Shown here: positions 43,418 through 54,119 of the stretch, piece by piece
How the letters are laid out: each line of letters opens with the position of its first letter
How positions within the stretch are numbered: position 1 is the first letter of the stretch
DNA from: an uncultured Acidobacteriota bacterium
Lineage (GTDB): Bacteria; Acidobacteriota; Thermoanaerobaculia; Multivoradales; JAHEKO01
Direction: 5' to 3'
Assembly: GCA_963713825.1 (NCBI GenBank)
Contig: CAVQNG010000003.1
Span: forward strand, 32,001-96,000
DNA length: 64,000 nucleotides
Translations under genes and position numbers: made by a program
The notes under the pieces: model-generated
Told to the model about the DNA's origin: nothing
Database searches by the model: none
Seen by the model: only the letters and a program-made list of their open reading frames with translations

Positions 43418-44392
43418 TCATAGCCTCTTCAAGAACTCGATCGTCGGGGGCAGGCCTTCGTCGAGTCCTCGCGGATGCCAGTCGAGCTCCTGTCTGGCTG
43501 CCGAGTCGTCGAAGCACCACTGACGCTGCAAGCTCTCGAGGTGCTGCTTGCTCACAGGCTGCCGCTTCCCACGCAGTCGGTACACCAGATCCATGGCCGT
43601 CAGCAGCCACCAGGCCACCCCGGCTGAGATCTGGATTCGAGGGCGGGAAACACCGGTCAACGCACAGACTTTGTCGACCGCTTCTTCGATCGTCGCGACC
43701 TCGCCAGTCATCAGGAAATTCTGGCCTGGTGGAGCCGTCTGCACGATCCGATCGACTCCATCGACCAGGTCATCCAGGTAGACCCAGCTCGTCTTCAGCC
43801 TGGCACTGATGAGGGCGGGCAGGCGACCCTGCACCGCGAGCCGGATCAGCGAATTGATCCCCCGCTTGCCTCCCGGCGGCCCGTAGACCAGGCTGGGGTA
43901 GACCGTGTTGACCAACAGCCCCTTGGCTGCCCAGCCCTGCACTGCTTGCTCCGCTGCGTGTTTGGTGGCGCTGTAGTCCGTCGGAAACGGTAGCTGCGGA
44001 GCAGAATCTTCGCGCGCTGGAGAGCCATCTGGCGGGCTACCCCCGAAATAGGCCATCGACGAGATGGACAAGAATCGGCCGGCACCCGCATCGAGAGCAG
44101 TGCCCGCCACGGTGTCGCTCCCCAGAACATTGGCTCGCTGCATCGCGTCGGGGCCGCCACGAGGGTCGATCATCGCCGCGCAGTGCACGACCCAATCGCT
44201 GCCAGACATCGCCTCGAGCAGACTCTCCGCGTCGGTAATGTCGCCCACGTGGCAACGAACACCCAGGGCGTCGAGCTCTTGCCGGTCGCTCGTCGGTCGC
44301 ACCAGAGCGTGTATCTCGTGCCCCTGCTGCCGCCAAAACCGACTCAGAGCACTCCCAATGTAACCAGTGGCACCGGTTATGAACAGCCTCAT
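43418..44392 (-). CDS. NAD-dependent epimerase/dehydratase (HpnA/dihydroflavonol-reductase-like)
   Basis: ITGATGYIG, HCAA, YSATK (YxxxK) and PSLVYGP motifs. Confidence 0.88.
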   Translation of the reverse strand: MRLFITGATGYIGSALSRFWRQQGHEIHALVRPTSDRQELDALGVRCHVGDITDAESLLEAMSGSDWVVHCAAMIDPRGGPDAMQRANVLGSDTVAGTALDAGAGRFLSISSMAYFGGSPPDGSPAREDSAPQLPFPTDYSATKHAAEQAVQGWAAKGLLVNTVYPSLVYGPPGGKRGINSLIRLAVQGRLPALISARLKTSWVYLDDLVDGVDRIVQTAPPGQNFLMTGEVATIEEAVDKVCALTGVSRPRIQISAGVAWWLLTAMDLVYRLRGKRQPVSKQHLESLQRQWCFDDSAARQELDWHPRGLDEGLPPTIEFLKRL

Positions 44393-44480
44393 TTTCACTG
44401 CCTTTTCAGGTCTCGAGAGCTACTCGATCGATCGAATTTCAGCGGACGGGAATCCAAACGGCTACTTGCAACGTTATTAA

Positions 44481-44597
44481 GGATGAACGGTTGCAGTTGG
44501 GAGCTGGGACCGTTCCAGAGTCTTCGAGGCTCTGCATTCCTCTTCAGCTCCCTCTCCTCCCCCCGTGCCGGATCCCTCCCCGGCACGGGGCTTTTTC
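44481..44597 (+). ncRNA. Candidate small regulatory RNA with CU-rich anti-SD segment and intrinsic terminator
   Basis: Two hairpins, then CTCCCTCTCCTCC, then CCCCGTGCCGG-loop-CCGGCACGGGG-CTTTTT on the plus strand, although both neighbouring genes are on minus. Confidence 0.5.
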
Positions 44598-44619
44598 GTA
44601 CTGGGATCTTCGCCAGCCC

Positions 44620-47364
44620 TCAGTCCGTCTCGAGAAGCTGTCTGAGCACGAACTGCAGAATGCCGCCATTTTGGAAATAGAGGACCTCCTGAGGTGTATC
44701 CAGACGGACGCGCGCCTTGAATCTCAGCCTCTCACCCTGTTCATCTACTGCCGTCACTCCCACCTCCAGGTTCTTCTCGAAGCTGCCTGCCAGACCTTCA
44801 CCGATACCTTGGATGGTGAATTGCTCGTGGCCCGAAAGGCCCAGCGATTGGGTTGATTCACCCGCCAGGAACTCCAGAGGCAAGATTCCCATTCCAACCA
44901 GGTTGCTACGGTGAATGCGCTCGAAGCTCTCGGCGATCACCGCTCGGACGCCCAGCAGTGAAGGGCCCTTGGCCGCCCAGTCACGGGACGAACCGGTCCC
45001 GTACTCCTTGCCCGCCAGCACGATCAGGGGAACGCCCTCCTCCTGATAGAGCATGGAGGCGTCGAAGATCGTCATCGGCACCTCATCAGGCAGGTGGAGC
45101 GTGAATCCACCCTCCAGCGACGGCACGAGTCGATTCCGGAAACGCACGTTCGCGAAGGTGCCGCGCACCATGACTTCGTGATTGCCGCGGCGGGAGCCGT
45201 AGGAATTGAAGTCCCGCGGCTCGACTCCCCTCTCCACCAGGTAGCAACCGGCGGGGCTGTCTGCCTTGATGGCACCCGCCGGCGAGATGTGATCGGTGGT
45301 GATGGAATCGCCGACGACAGCGAGTGCTCTCGCCGCCTCGATGTCCTGAATCGCCGCTGGCTCAGCCGGCAAGTCGATGAAGTACGGTGGCAGCTTGACA
45401 TAGGTCGAGGCAGGGTCCCAAGCGTAGGTGTCGCCCTCCGGCACCGGCATGGCGATCCACTGCTCATCGCCCTCGAAGACCTGGCCGTACTCCCTGGTGA
45501 ACATCTCCGAATGCAGAGCGCTCCCGACCGTCTCTGCAACTTCCTGCCGCGAGGGCCAGAGTTCCTTGAGGTAGACGGGCTCACCGTCCCTATCGGTCCC
45601 CAACGGCTCGTTGTAGAGATCCACATCGATCGTGCCTGCAAGGGCGTAGGCCACGACAAGCGGGGGTGAGGCCAGATAGTTGGCGCGCACATCCGAGCTG
45701 ATGCGGCCCTCGAAGTTGCGATTGCCCGACAGAACCGCAACGGCCACCAGGTTGTTGCTGCGGATGGCCTCGGAGATCGGAGCGGGCAGCGGGCCACTGT
45801 TACCGATGCACGTCGTACAGCCATAGCCCACGAGATTGAAACGGAGAGCGTCCAGGAAGGACTGCAGACCGGCTTCTTCGAGATAGTCGGTAACCACCTT
45901 GGAGCCCGGCGCCAGACTGGTCTTGACCCAGGGCTTGGTCGTCAAACCCCTCTCGACTGCCGCCTTCGCCAGCAGGCCCGCCGCCACCATCACAGACGGG
46001 TTGGAGGTGTTGGTGCAACTCGTGATGGCGGCGATGACCACCGAGCCGCTCTCGAGATCGAACTCCTCGCCGCCAAGGGTAGTTCGAACGGCTGTTTCCT
46101 TTGCCGGTGTGACGGCAACGCCGCCCTCGTCCGCTGCGGCCGACGACCCACCTGTCGGGGCCGAGAGCTGTCCCAATTGGCTCGCGAAGGACTGCTTGAC
46201 GTCGCCGAGGAGAATTCGGTCCTGTGGTCGCTTGGGGCCTGCCAAGCTCGCCTGCACGGATGACAGATCCAACTCGAGTGTGTCGGAGTATTCGGCCTCC
46301 GGGCTACTTGCGGTGTGAAAGAGCCCCTGCTCCTTCATGTAAGCCTCGACAAGGTCGATCTGGTCCTGCGGACGGCCCGTCAGCGCCAGGTAGTCGAGTG
46401 TCGCGGCGTCGACCGGGAAGATGCCGCAGGTGGCGCCGTACTCGGGAGCCATGTTGGCCAGCGTCGCCCGGTCCGCCAGTGGCAGCCCTGCCAGTCCCGG
46501 CCCGAAGTACTCCACGAACTTGCCCACCACCCCTCTCGCCCGCAGCATCTCGGTGACGGTGAGTACCAAATCGGTGGCTGTCGCACCTTCGCTCAACTCG
46601 CCGATCAGCCGAAAACCGACGACCTGCGGCACCAGCATGGAGATCGGTTGACCGAGCATGGCAGCCTCGGCTTCGATACCGCCGACACCCCAACCGAGGA
46701 TACCCAGGCCATTGATCATCGTGGTGTGGGAGTCGGTACCCACGAGGGTGTCCGGATAGGCATAGGCGGGCTCGCCGCCCGTCTCCTCCAACATGACAAC
46801 CCGGCCCAGATACTCCAGATTGACCTGGTGAACGATGCCGGTGCCAGGCGGCACGACCTTGAAGTTGTCGAACGCCTTCTGACCCCATTTCAAGAATCCG
46901 TAGCGCTCCCCGTTGCGCTCGAATTCGAGCTCCTTGTTGATCAGAAAGGCCGCATCTGTACCGTACTCGTCCACCTGGACCGAATGATCGATGACGAGCT
47001 CGGCGGGCTGCAGAGGATTGATCTTCTTCGGATTGCCACCCATCACCCGCATGGCGTCGCGCATGGCCGCCAGATCGACGATCGCCGGCACGCCGGTGAA
47101 GTCCTGGAGCAGAACCCGGGCCGGCATGAACGCGATCTCGACCGCTGGCTGTGCCTGTGAATCCCAGGTTGCTACGGCTTCGATATCCTCTGCCGTAACC
47201 GCCGCGCCATCCTCGCGACGCAGCAGGTTCTCGAGCAGAATCCGCATGCTGAAAGGCAACCGCCCCAACGACCAACCCTGCTTTTCGAGTGCCATGAGCG
47301 AGGCGATCCGCAACTCCGAGCTCCCGAGCTTCATGGTGGTCTTGGCTGAATAGCTATCCATCAT
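44620..47364 (-). CDS. acnA: Aconitate hydratase AcnA
   Basis: [49 protein letters not shown] and [10 protein letters not shown] motifs. Confidence 0.98.
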   Translation of the reverse strand: MMDSYSAKTTMKLGSSELRIASLMALEKQGWSLGRLPFSMRILLENLLRREDGAAVTAEDIEAVATWDSQAQPAVEIAFMPARVLLQDFTGVPAIVDLAAMRDAMRVMGGNPKKINPLQPAELVIDHSVQVDEYGTDAAFLINKELEFERNGERYGFLKWGQKAFDNFKVVPPGTGIVHQVNLEYLGRVVMLEETGGEPAYAYPDTLVGTDSHTTMINGLGILGWGVGGIEAEAAMLGQPISMLVPQVVGFRLIGELSEGATATDLVLTVTEMLRARGVVGKFVEYFGPGLAGLPLADRATLANMAPEYGATCGIFPVDAATLDYLALTGRPQDQIDLVEAYMKEQGLFHTASSPEAEYSDTLELDLSSVQASLAGPKRPQDRILLGDVKQSFASQLGQLSAPTGGSSAAADEGGVAVTPAKETAVRTTLGGEEFDLESGSVVIAAITSCTNTSNPSVMVAAGLLAKAAVERGLTTKPWVKTSLAPGSKVVTDYLEEAGLQSFLDALRFNLVGYGCTTCIGNSGPLPAPISEAIRSNNLVAVAVLSGNRNFEGRISSDVRANYLASPPLVVAYALAGTIDVDLYNEPLGTDRDGEPVYLKELWPSRQEVAETVGSALHSEMFTREYGQVFEGDEQWIAMPVPEGDTYAWDPASTYVKLPPYFIDLPAEPAAIQDIEAARALAVVGDSITTDHISPAGAIKADSPAGCYLVERGVEPRDFNSYGSRRGNHEVMVRGTFANVRFRNRLVPSLEGGFTLHLPDEVPMTIFDASMLYQEEGVPLIVLAGKEYGTGSSRDWAAKGPSLLGVRAVIAESFERIHRSNLVGMGILPLEFLAGESTQSLGLSGHEQFTIQGIGEGLAGSFEKNLEVGVTAVDEQGERLRFKARVRLDTPQEVLYFQNGGILQFVLRQLLETD

Positions 47365-47520
47365 CCTCTACCTTCTTTCTTGTCGAGTCCTTGGGCTTGA
47401 TTCGTGCCAGAGCGTCGCCCGCGCTCTGGCGGTGACTTCGGAGTGAACAAGATAGCGCAATCCCCAAGGAGTTGCACCCAGGGGCCAGCCGAATGAGCTC
47501 GCTATCTGGCGTCTCTTGCC

Positions 47521-48984
47521 CTAGTTGTCGAGATAGCCCAGAGCCTCGAGACGCTGCCGCAGATCTTCATCCAGGTCGACTTCATCCGACGAATCGAGTC
47601 CAAGCAGCGACCTCAGCTCCTGGGCCTTGGCCAGCTCTGCCTGCATCGGACCTGCAACCTCGTCGGTCAGGATTGGCTGCATCTCTCGACGATCGTCATG
47701 CAGCTGATAGAGCCAGCCGGGGACCACATCGTCTCTTTGCAGGAGCTTCTGCTTCTCGGTTCTCAGGGCACGCAGGGAGTTTCCATCCACGGTCAGCTCG
47801 GATAGCGAAGTGACGGCGGGCAACTCCCCACCCCGGAAGAGCGGGTTCAGGTCACGACCCTGGGTCTTCAGATCTCCGGCAAGGCCGGCGGCCGCCGCCA
47901 ACGTCGGCATGATGTCGATCAGCCGCACCTGGTCCTCGACCACCGTGCCGGAGCTCAACTGTCCGGGCCAATGGGCGATCAACGGCACCCGGATCATCTC
48001 GTCGAACAGTGTCCGCCGGTGCCCCTTCCCGCCATGCTCGAAGAACTCCTCACCATGATCGGCGGTAATCACTGTCAAGGTGTCGTCCATGAGACCGCGA
48101 CTGTCCAGGGCCTCGAAGATGAGACGCAAGTGGTCGTCGGTGAAGCGAATCTCGCCATCGTAGAGGGCGATCAAGTGCTCGAGATCGCGTTGGTCCATCT
48201 GTTGAGAAATCGCCGGGTTGCTCGCCAGGTTCTCCCCCGTCAGATCACCTTCGTAGTCGGGATCGAAGAGCTCGACATAGTCCTGGGGAGGGATGTAGTC
48301 GTAATGCACGTCCCACAGGTGAAGGAACAAGAAGTAGGGTCTCTCCACCCCCGACTCGGCCCAGCGCGTCACTTCTGCAAGCGTTCGCGGCGAAGTGATG
48401 TCGGCGTGGCTGGGCACTCTATCGAGCTCCAGATCCTGCCGTACGTCTTGCCCCAACTCCGAGCCTGCACCCGCCATGCAACTCCGATAAACGTCGAACC
48501 CCTGGTCGAGACCGAACGTCGGATGAAGAAAGGGACCACCGAAGAATCCGGCGGTGTGGTAGCCACCGTTTCGCAGCACCTCGGCAATCGTCAGAACACT
48601 CTCCGCCAGCCGTTGGTCATCGGTGACCAGGCCGTGGGTCGAATCGTAAAGACCGCTGAACAGTGCCGCGTGGGAGGGCAGTGTCCACGACGTAGTGCTG
48701 ATGGCGTTCTCGAATCGAACGCCTTCGGAAGCCAGCTGATCCACGAACGGACTGGTCTTGCGTGGGTATCCGTAGCAGCCCAGATTGTCGGCTCGAAGGC
48801 TGTCGATCGACACCAGAATGATGTCGGGGCGGGGGTGCTCGTCGGTACAACCCGTCAGGACTCCCCCAGCGCCAACGACTCCCGCCGTGAGAGCGAATGC
48901 CTTCAGAGCTCGGAGAATCCCACCCCGTTTGCGACGGACCGAGAGCGTCAGGTCAGCTTTGGCCGCTCGCCGGGGCCAGCCCAC
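47521..48984 (-). CDS. Sulfatase-like hydrolase/transferase lipoprotein
   Basis: Lipobox VLTGC; IDSLRAD, SWTLPSH, DVHYDY, YDGEI, ADHGEEF and VPLI motifs. Start uncertain (GTG 48984). Confidence 0.85.
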   Translation of the reverse strand: MGWPRRAAKADLTLSVRRKRGGILRALKAFALTAGVVGAGGVLTGCTDEHPRPDIILVSIDSLRADNLGCYGYPRKTSPFVDQLASEGVRFENAISTTSWTLPSHAALFSGLYDSTHGLVTDDQRLAESVLTIAEVLRNGGYHTAGFFGGPFLHPTFGLDQGFDVYRSCMAGAGSELGQDVRQDLELDRVPSHADITSPRTLAEVTRWAESGVERPYFLFLHLWDVHYDYIPPQDYVELFDPDYEGDLTGENLASNPAISQQMDQRDLEHLIALYDGEIRFTDDHLRLIFEALDSRGLMDDTLTVITADHGEEFFEHGGKGHRRTLFDEMIRVPLIAHWPGQLSSGTVVEDQVRLIDIMPTLAAAAGLAGDLKTQGRDLNPLFRGGELPAVTSLSELTVDGNSLRALRTEKQKLLQRDDVVPGWLYQLHDDRREMQPILTDEVAGPMQAELAKAQELRSLLGLDSSDEVDLDEDLRQRLEALGYLDN

Positions 48985-48985
48985 C

Positions 48986-50227
48986 TCACGACTCCCTTGT
49001 CGGCGGAACGGCCGAATCCACATCTTGAATGGCGGGCGGTCCCGCATCGACATCGGGGATGGTCGCAGAGAAGAAATGGACGAAGACCATCAGCCCGGCA
49101 GCGACAAAGAACGGGCTCGAAATGCCCAGCGACTGAAAGAGAGCGCCGGCCCAAAGCGGCCCGACCATTCTCGCGATGCCGCCAAAGGACTGCTGCACGC
49201 CCAGGATCAGGCCGGTTTGACTCGGATCGGCCAGCTTGGAGACCTGGGAGGTGGTGGCCGGAAACAGCAGGGCGGTGCCGACTGGCATGAAGAGCACCGC
49301 CAGGCTGAACTGCCAGATGTTCTGAGCGAAGGGTACCGTAGCCAGGGCGATGGCCATGAACAGCGAGCCGGCTCGCATCACCTGAATCTCGCCAAAACGC
49401 CGCACTGCCCGGCCGAGAACCAGGGTTCGCATGACCAGCGAAGCGGCTCCCACGTACACGAAGAACCAGCCGATCGTCTCTACGGTGATACCGAAACGGC
49501 GCTCGAGAAACAGCGCCAGAACACCGTTCATCGCCATGAAGGCCATCATGCCGAGAGCGTAGATCCAGACCATCGAACCGACACCGCCTCGTGGGTGGGT
49601 CAGGACATCGACCATGGCCTCACGAGTTGCTCCCTTCGGTCTGACAGTCTGTTTTCGGGCCTCCTTGCCTCGATCGGACTCCGGCAGCCACCACAGGCCG
49701 AACAGGAAGTTGAGCACACACAGGCTCGCGGCCAGATAGCCGGGACCGATGAATCCGTAGGCTGCCGCCAACGATCCGATGGCCGGACCGAGCATCACTC
49801 CGGCAGAAGTCGCCGCAGTCAGCCAACCCAAGGCCTTGGCCCGATCCCCCGAGGGCACTGAGTCGCTGATGTAGGCCTGGACCACTCCAACCGTGCCTCC
49901 GGCTGCTCCCTGGACAAATCTGGAGAGGAAGAGGAGCACTACGGTCGAGGCCGACTCGAACAGCACATAGGACACAGCCGAGATCAGCAGCCCGCCTAGA
50001 ATCATCGGCCGCCGCCCGTAGCGATCCGACAGCCTGCCCCACAGTGGAGCGCTGGCGAGCTGCGCCAGGGCAAAGGTGGACACCAGGGCCCCGATCATGA
50101 ACGGGGTGGCTCCCAGGCGCTCCGCATAGAAGGGCAACAGCGGCAGCACAATGAGGAAGCCGATCATGTCGACGAAGACCGTCCACATCAGCACCCACAT
50201 TCGTCGTACGAAGTCTCTCGCTTCCAT
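48986..50227 (-). CDS. MFS transporter (TetA/DHA1-like)
   Basis: VFVDMIGF..VLPLLPFY, motif A GRLSDRYGRRP and about 12 TMs. Start at ATG 50227. Confidence 0.9.
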   Translation of the reverse strand: MEARDFVRRMWVLMWTVFVDMIGFLIVLPLLPFYAERLGATPFMIGALVSTFALAQLASAPLWGRLSDRYGRRPMILGGLLISAVSYVLFESASTVVLLFLSRFVQGAAGGTVGVVQAYISDSVPSGDRAKALGWLTAATSAGVMLGPAIGSLAAAYGFIGPGYLAASLCVLNFLFGLWWLPESDRGKEARKQTVRPKGATREAMVDVLTHPRGGVGSMVWIYALGMMAFMAMNGVLALFLERRFGITVETIGWFFVYVGAASLVMRTLVLGRAVRRFGEIQVMRAGSLFMAIALATVPFAQNIWQFSLAVLFMPVGTALLFPATTSQVSKLADPSQTGLILGVQQSFGGIARMVGPLWAGALFQSLGISSPFFVAAGLMVFVHFFSATIPDVDAGPPAIQDVDSAVPPTRES

Positions 50228-50234
50228 GATCGAC

Positions 50235-51890
50235 TCAGGCTTTCCGCTCGCGGCCCCAAAGGAGAAAGGCCGTGGCACTCACCAGCATCAAAAGCACACC
50301 GTAGACCGCTGCGACTCCGGTGTCCTGCAGTCGGAGGCTGGAGAGGATCTCGATGGAGATCGGGCGGGTATCGTAGGTATAGAGCACGATAGAAGTAACG
50401 AAGTCCCCAAGTGCCGTGATGAAAGCCAGGCTAGCACCGGCCAGGATTGCTGGCCGAAGAAGCGGCAGCGTGACTCGCCAGATCCTGCGAAGACGCCCCG
50501 CGCCGAGAGAAGCCGCCGCTTCCTCCAGCGACGGATCCATCTGACGCAGCCCCGCCAGCGAGCTCCGACCGGTCAATGGGAGACTCCTCACCAGATAGGC
50601 CATTGGCAAGATCCAGGGGGTTCCGACCAGAACGAGGCGCCCCAACTCGGGTCGGTTGACGCTGAACGCGGTTGCCAACGCGATGGCGAACACCGTGCCT
50701 GGAAGAGCCCAGGGGACCGAAAGCAGGGTTTCCAGAAGATCCCCGAGACGTCCGCCTCGCTTCACCGAGGTACGGGCCGCCGACAGTCCGAGAACGAGCG
50801 CTCCCAGCGTCGCTGCCGTCGCCATCCAGAGTGAGTTGAGAACGGGTCGAAGCCTCTCCGGCGTGCTGGCCAACGATCGGTAGTTGCTGATGTCGAGAAT
50901 CGGTGGCACCGCTTCGGTCGTCCACGTGCCTGGCGGCACGAATGAGATGACCAACAATGTCAGGTGAGGCAGCAAGAGGAGAACAGCCAGCCCCCAGCCC
51001 AGTGCCGCCGCACCGAGGCGTACCGCGGGGCGCCGCAACTGCCGTCGGATCGGGGCGATGCCCCGCACCCCTCCGACCACCGCTGTGCGGCCAGGTTCCG
51101 CCCGGCGCATGGCCCACAGTCCGAGGAATGCCAGCAGCGCCAGGGTGACGGTTTCCACCTGTGCCATGGCGATCTGCCCGTTCAGCTTGGAGGCCACGAT
51201 CTGGGTCGTCATGACCCGAAACCCTCCCCCAAAGATGTAGGGCGCCGAGAACGAGGCCAGCGAAGTCATAAAGGTCAGGAGTGCTGCACCCGCCAGGGCT
51301 GGGCCTAGCAAAGGGAGCGTCACACGAAAGAACCGGCGGCGGGGCCCCGCACCCAACGAGGCCGCAGCTTCCAGCACGGAGGCGTCGATGCGAACGAGTG
51401 CGGCTCGCGTGAACAGGTAGAAATACACGTACATGGAGTAGGCATGGACCAGCAAGATGGCCACCGGGCCCGACAGCCTCCAGGGCGCCTTCTCCAGACC
51501 CAAGACCGTCTGCACGCCGCGACTGACGAATCCGCTTTCGCCGTAGAGGAAGAGGAAGGCAATGACGCCGACCAGCGGCGGTAGAGCAACCGGCAGGGCA
51601 ATCAAGGCTCCGAGGGTTCGGCGCCCGGGAAAGTCCGTCCCTTCGAAGATCAGTCCGAGAGGCACGCCGACCAGTCCGGCCAGAACCACTGACGCGGCCG
51701 AGATCCACAAGCTCTGCCACAGCGCCCGCCACTCATCCGGTCGGCCGGCGAATTCGAGGAAAGGGGCCAAGCTGAAGGCACCGGGTAGTCCCAACGCTTC
51801 CAGGAGAGTGATGAGAAGTGGGTAACCGACCAGCCAGACCAGCACGAGAACCAGGGCAGCACCGCCAATCGACTGCTGTCGACGGCTCAT
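50235..51890 (-). CDS. FbpB/AfuB-type ABC transporter permease (duplicated TMD)
   Basis: Two EAA loops (LEAAASLGA, EEAAASLGA). ATG 51890 overlaps the ATPase stop. Confidence 0.9.
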   Translation of the reverse strand: MSRRQQSIGGAALVLVLVWLVGYPLLITLLEALGLPGAFSLAPFLEFAGRPDEWRALWQSLWISAASVVLAGLVGVPLGLIFEGTDFPGRRTLGALIALPVALPPLVGVIAFLFLYGESGFVSRGVQTVLGLEKAPWRLSGPVAILLVHAYSMYVYFYLFTRAALVRIDASVLEAAASLGAGPRRRFFRVTLPLLGPALAGAALLTFMTSLASFSAPYIFGGGFRVMTTQIVASKLNGQIAMAQVETVTLALLAFLGLWAMRRAEPGRTAVVGGVRGIAPIRRQLRRPAVRLGAAALGWGLAVLLLLPHLTLLVISFVPPGTWTTEAVPPILDISNYRSLASTPERLRPVLNSLWMATAATLGALVLGLSAARTSVKRGGRLGDLLETLLSVPWALPGTVFAIALATAFSVNRPELGRLVLVGTPWILPMAYLVRSLPLTGRSSLAGLRQMDPSLEEAAASLGAGRLRRIWRVTLPLLRPAILAGASLAFITALGDFVTSIVLYTYDTRPISIEILSSLRLQDTGVAAVYGVLLMLVSATAFLLWGRERKA

Positions 51891-52975
51891 GCCGGGACCT
51901 CGTCCGGGCTCGGGAATGCTCGCGCTGCAGGCTCCGACTGCCGCAGAGCAACTCCCACCTGGGCGCCGATCTCCGCTCCGTCGGACGCACCCACCACCAA
52001 CACTTCCCCTTCCATCTCGAGACATACCCGGTAGTAGGTCACCTCGCCCCGATATTGCCTTTCCAGGACTTCTCCACCCAGGACATCCGGTTGCTCAGCC
52101 TCAACGAGCTCCAGACCCTCAGGACGAAGCGAGATCACGACGTCTTCACCCACCGCTACTTCACCCACCGTCAGAACGGGCCACGTCGCTCCCTGGCCTA
52201 CGAAGCGCTCGTCGCCCAGCCTCACCCGGTTCTCTGCCACGAGGCTTCCTTTCAGCGCCGAGGCTCGACCGACGAATCCGGCTACGAAGAGGCTCTGCGG
52301 TTCGAGATAGAGCTCTTCCGGAGTCCCGACCTGTTCGAGCCGGCCTTCGTTGAGCAGCGCGACGCGGTCTCCCACGTCGAAGGCCTCCTCCTGTTCGTGG
52401 GTAACCCAGACTGCGGTGATCCCGACCCTGCGGATGGCGTTCTTGAGCTCTCGTCGGGTCCGCTCACGGAGACTCGGATCCAGGTTCGACAGGGGCTCGT
52501 CCAAGAGCATCAAGCGGGGGTCGGGCGCCAACGCGCGAGCCAGGGCCACCCGCTGCTGCTGGCCTCCAGAGATCTCTTGTACCCGGCGGTCTTCGAATCC
52601 TTCCAGATCCACGAGCGGTAGGACTTCGGTGACACGCGACAGTCTCCGCTCGCGCGGCACGCCTCTGGACTCCAGTCCAAAGGCCACATTGCCAGCCACC
52701 GAAAGGTGTGGAAAAAGGGCATAGTGCTGAAAGACCATGCCGAAATTTCTCTTTTCCGGGGGCAGCGGAGTGACATCTTCGTCCGCCACCAGGATCTGCC
52801 CCTCATCGGGTTGCTCGAAGCCAGCGATGAGACGCAGGAGCGTCGTTTTGCCCGATCCGCTTGGACCCAGCAGTACCAGGACCTCGCCCGGCTCGACGTC
52901 GAGAGAGATCTCTCGCAACACCATGTGGTCGGCAAAGCTCTTCTGAAGACGATCCAGAATGAGAAAGGGGGGCAT
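51887..52975 (-). CDS. ABC transporter ATP-binding protein (FbpC/PotA-like, TOBE domain)
   Basis: GPSGSGKT, VFQHYALFPH, ISGGQQQR and LLDEP motifs. Confidence 0.93.
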   Translation of the reverse strand: MPPFLILDRLQKSFADHMVLREISLDVEPGEVLVLLGPSGSGKTTLLRLIAGFEQPDEGQILVADEDVTPLPPEKRNFGMVFQHYALFPHLSVAGNVAFGLESRGVPRERRLSRVTEVLPLVDLEGFEDRRVQEISGGQQQRVALARALAPDPRLMLLDEPLSNLDPSLRERTRRELKNAIRRVGITAVWVTHEQEEAFDVGDRVALLNEGRLEQVGTPEELYLEPQSLFVAGFVGRASALKGSLVAENRVRLGDERFVGQGATWPVLTVGEVAVGEDVVISLRPEGLELVEAEQPDVLGGEVLERQYRGEVTYYRVCLEMEGEVLVVGASDGAEIGAQVGVALRQSEPAARAFPSPDEVPA

Positions 52976-53027
52976 GGGTCTGGTGAGAGATACGAAGTCA
53001 GAGGTGTGAGGTTCTAGAGGTCGGGGA

Positions 53028-54119
53028 CTATCCCCGGCCTCGGATTGTCCGATCCCAGTGACTCATCCACTGGTTGCCTTCAGCGGCGATGAGCTGCCAA
53101 TCCACCTCCGCCGGGACGATCTCGTCGAGGGCTTCCTGGGCCCATTCGGGCAGCTCTTCTCTCGGCAGATCGAGCCTCGCCGGCAATCGGAAAGCATCCT
53201 GCGCGGCCAGCAGGAGGGCCTCGCGACTGCCCACCCAGTCGATGAAAGCGCGTGCCTCTTCCTGATGAGGCGAGCCCTTCACCAGACCGATGGAGTCATT
53301 GATGATCGGCGTTCCGCTGGTCGGGAAATTGTAGTCGAGTGGAGCACCTCTCTGCTGTAGGAAGAGCAAATCGGTGAGCTCCCAGATCGAAACCAGCCCC
53401 TCCTGCCGGATCAGCTTCTCGAAGAGCATGGCCGGATTGACCACATAGTCCTTCGTCTGGCGATCGAGCCTGGCAAGCCATTCGAAGCCGGCGGCGGTGT
53501 CCCCCGTTGCCGCAACCGATTGTGATAGCACCATGCCAAAGGCCGAACGCATGGTTCCGCTGGCCAGCGGATCGCGGATGATGATCTCGTCCTTGAACCG
53601 TTCGTCGAGCAGATCTTCCCAGTCTGCCGGTGCCTCCTCCGCACTCAGAGCTTCCGAGTTGTAGACCAGGATTGGTACGGCTTCGAAGAGACCGTGGTAG
53701 AGCTGGTCGGGATGGCGGCTCGTCGGCGGCAGCGAATCGGCCCAGGCAGGCGCAAACGCCTCGAGCAGGCCATCCTCGACTCCCCGCGAGAAGATCGTGT
53801 CGGGCCCGCCGAACCAGACGTCGGCCTGCGGATTGACCGCCTCGGATCGAATCCGGTCGTAGACCTCCTGAGAGCCCATGTCGAGCCAACGAACGTCGAT
53901 CTCCGGCCGCTCGGCCTCGTAGGTCTTCTCCAACAACATCAAGAGGTCCCGCCCATGAGGCGAGTAGAGCACCAGCGGAGTGCGTCCGTCTCCGCAGCCC
54001 ATCGGTGCCAGCAACAGCAGCCAGAGCGCGGCCGCGCCGACAGCCTGCCGCTGAGTTGCGTCGAGATGGCGAACCACGAGTTGACGGAGCCGATTTGCGA
54101 TTCTCACGGTGACTCTCAC
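53028..54119 (-). CDS. ABC substrate-binding lipoprotein (FbpA/AfuA-like)
   Basis: Lipobox-like APMGC; PQADVWFGG, PADWEDLL, DPLASGT and ARAFIDW motifs. Confidence 0.88.
   Translation of the reverse strand: MRVTVRIANRLRQLVVRHLDATQRQAVGAAALWLLLLAPMGCGDGRTPLVLYSPHGRDLLMLLEKTYEAERPEIDVRWLDMGSQEVYDRIRSEAVNPQADVWFGGPDTIFSRGVEDGLLEAFAPAWADSLPPTSRHPDQLYHGLFEAVPILVYNSEALSAEEAPADWEDLLDERFKDEIIIRDPLASGTMRSAFGMVLSQSVAATGDTAAGFEWLARLDRQTKDYVVNPAMLFEKLIRQEGLVSIWELTDLLFLQQRGAPLDYNFPTSGTPIINDSIGLVKGSPHQEEARAFIDWVGSREALLLAAQDAFRLPARLDLPREELPEWAQEALDEIVPAEVDWQLIAAEGNQWMSHWDRTIRGRG

Noticed and set aside
47406-47430. Hairpin in the acnA leader as an iron-responsive element
   Set aside because: The stem is real (GCCAGAGCG/CGCTCTGGC), but the loop lacks a CAGUG-like motif and nothing else supports it.
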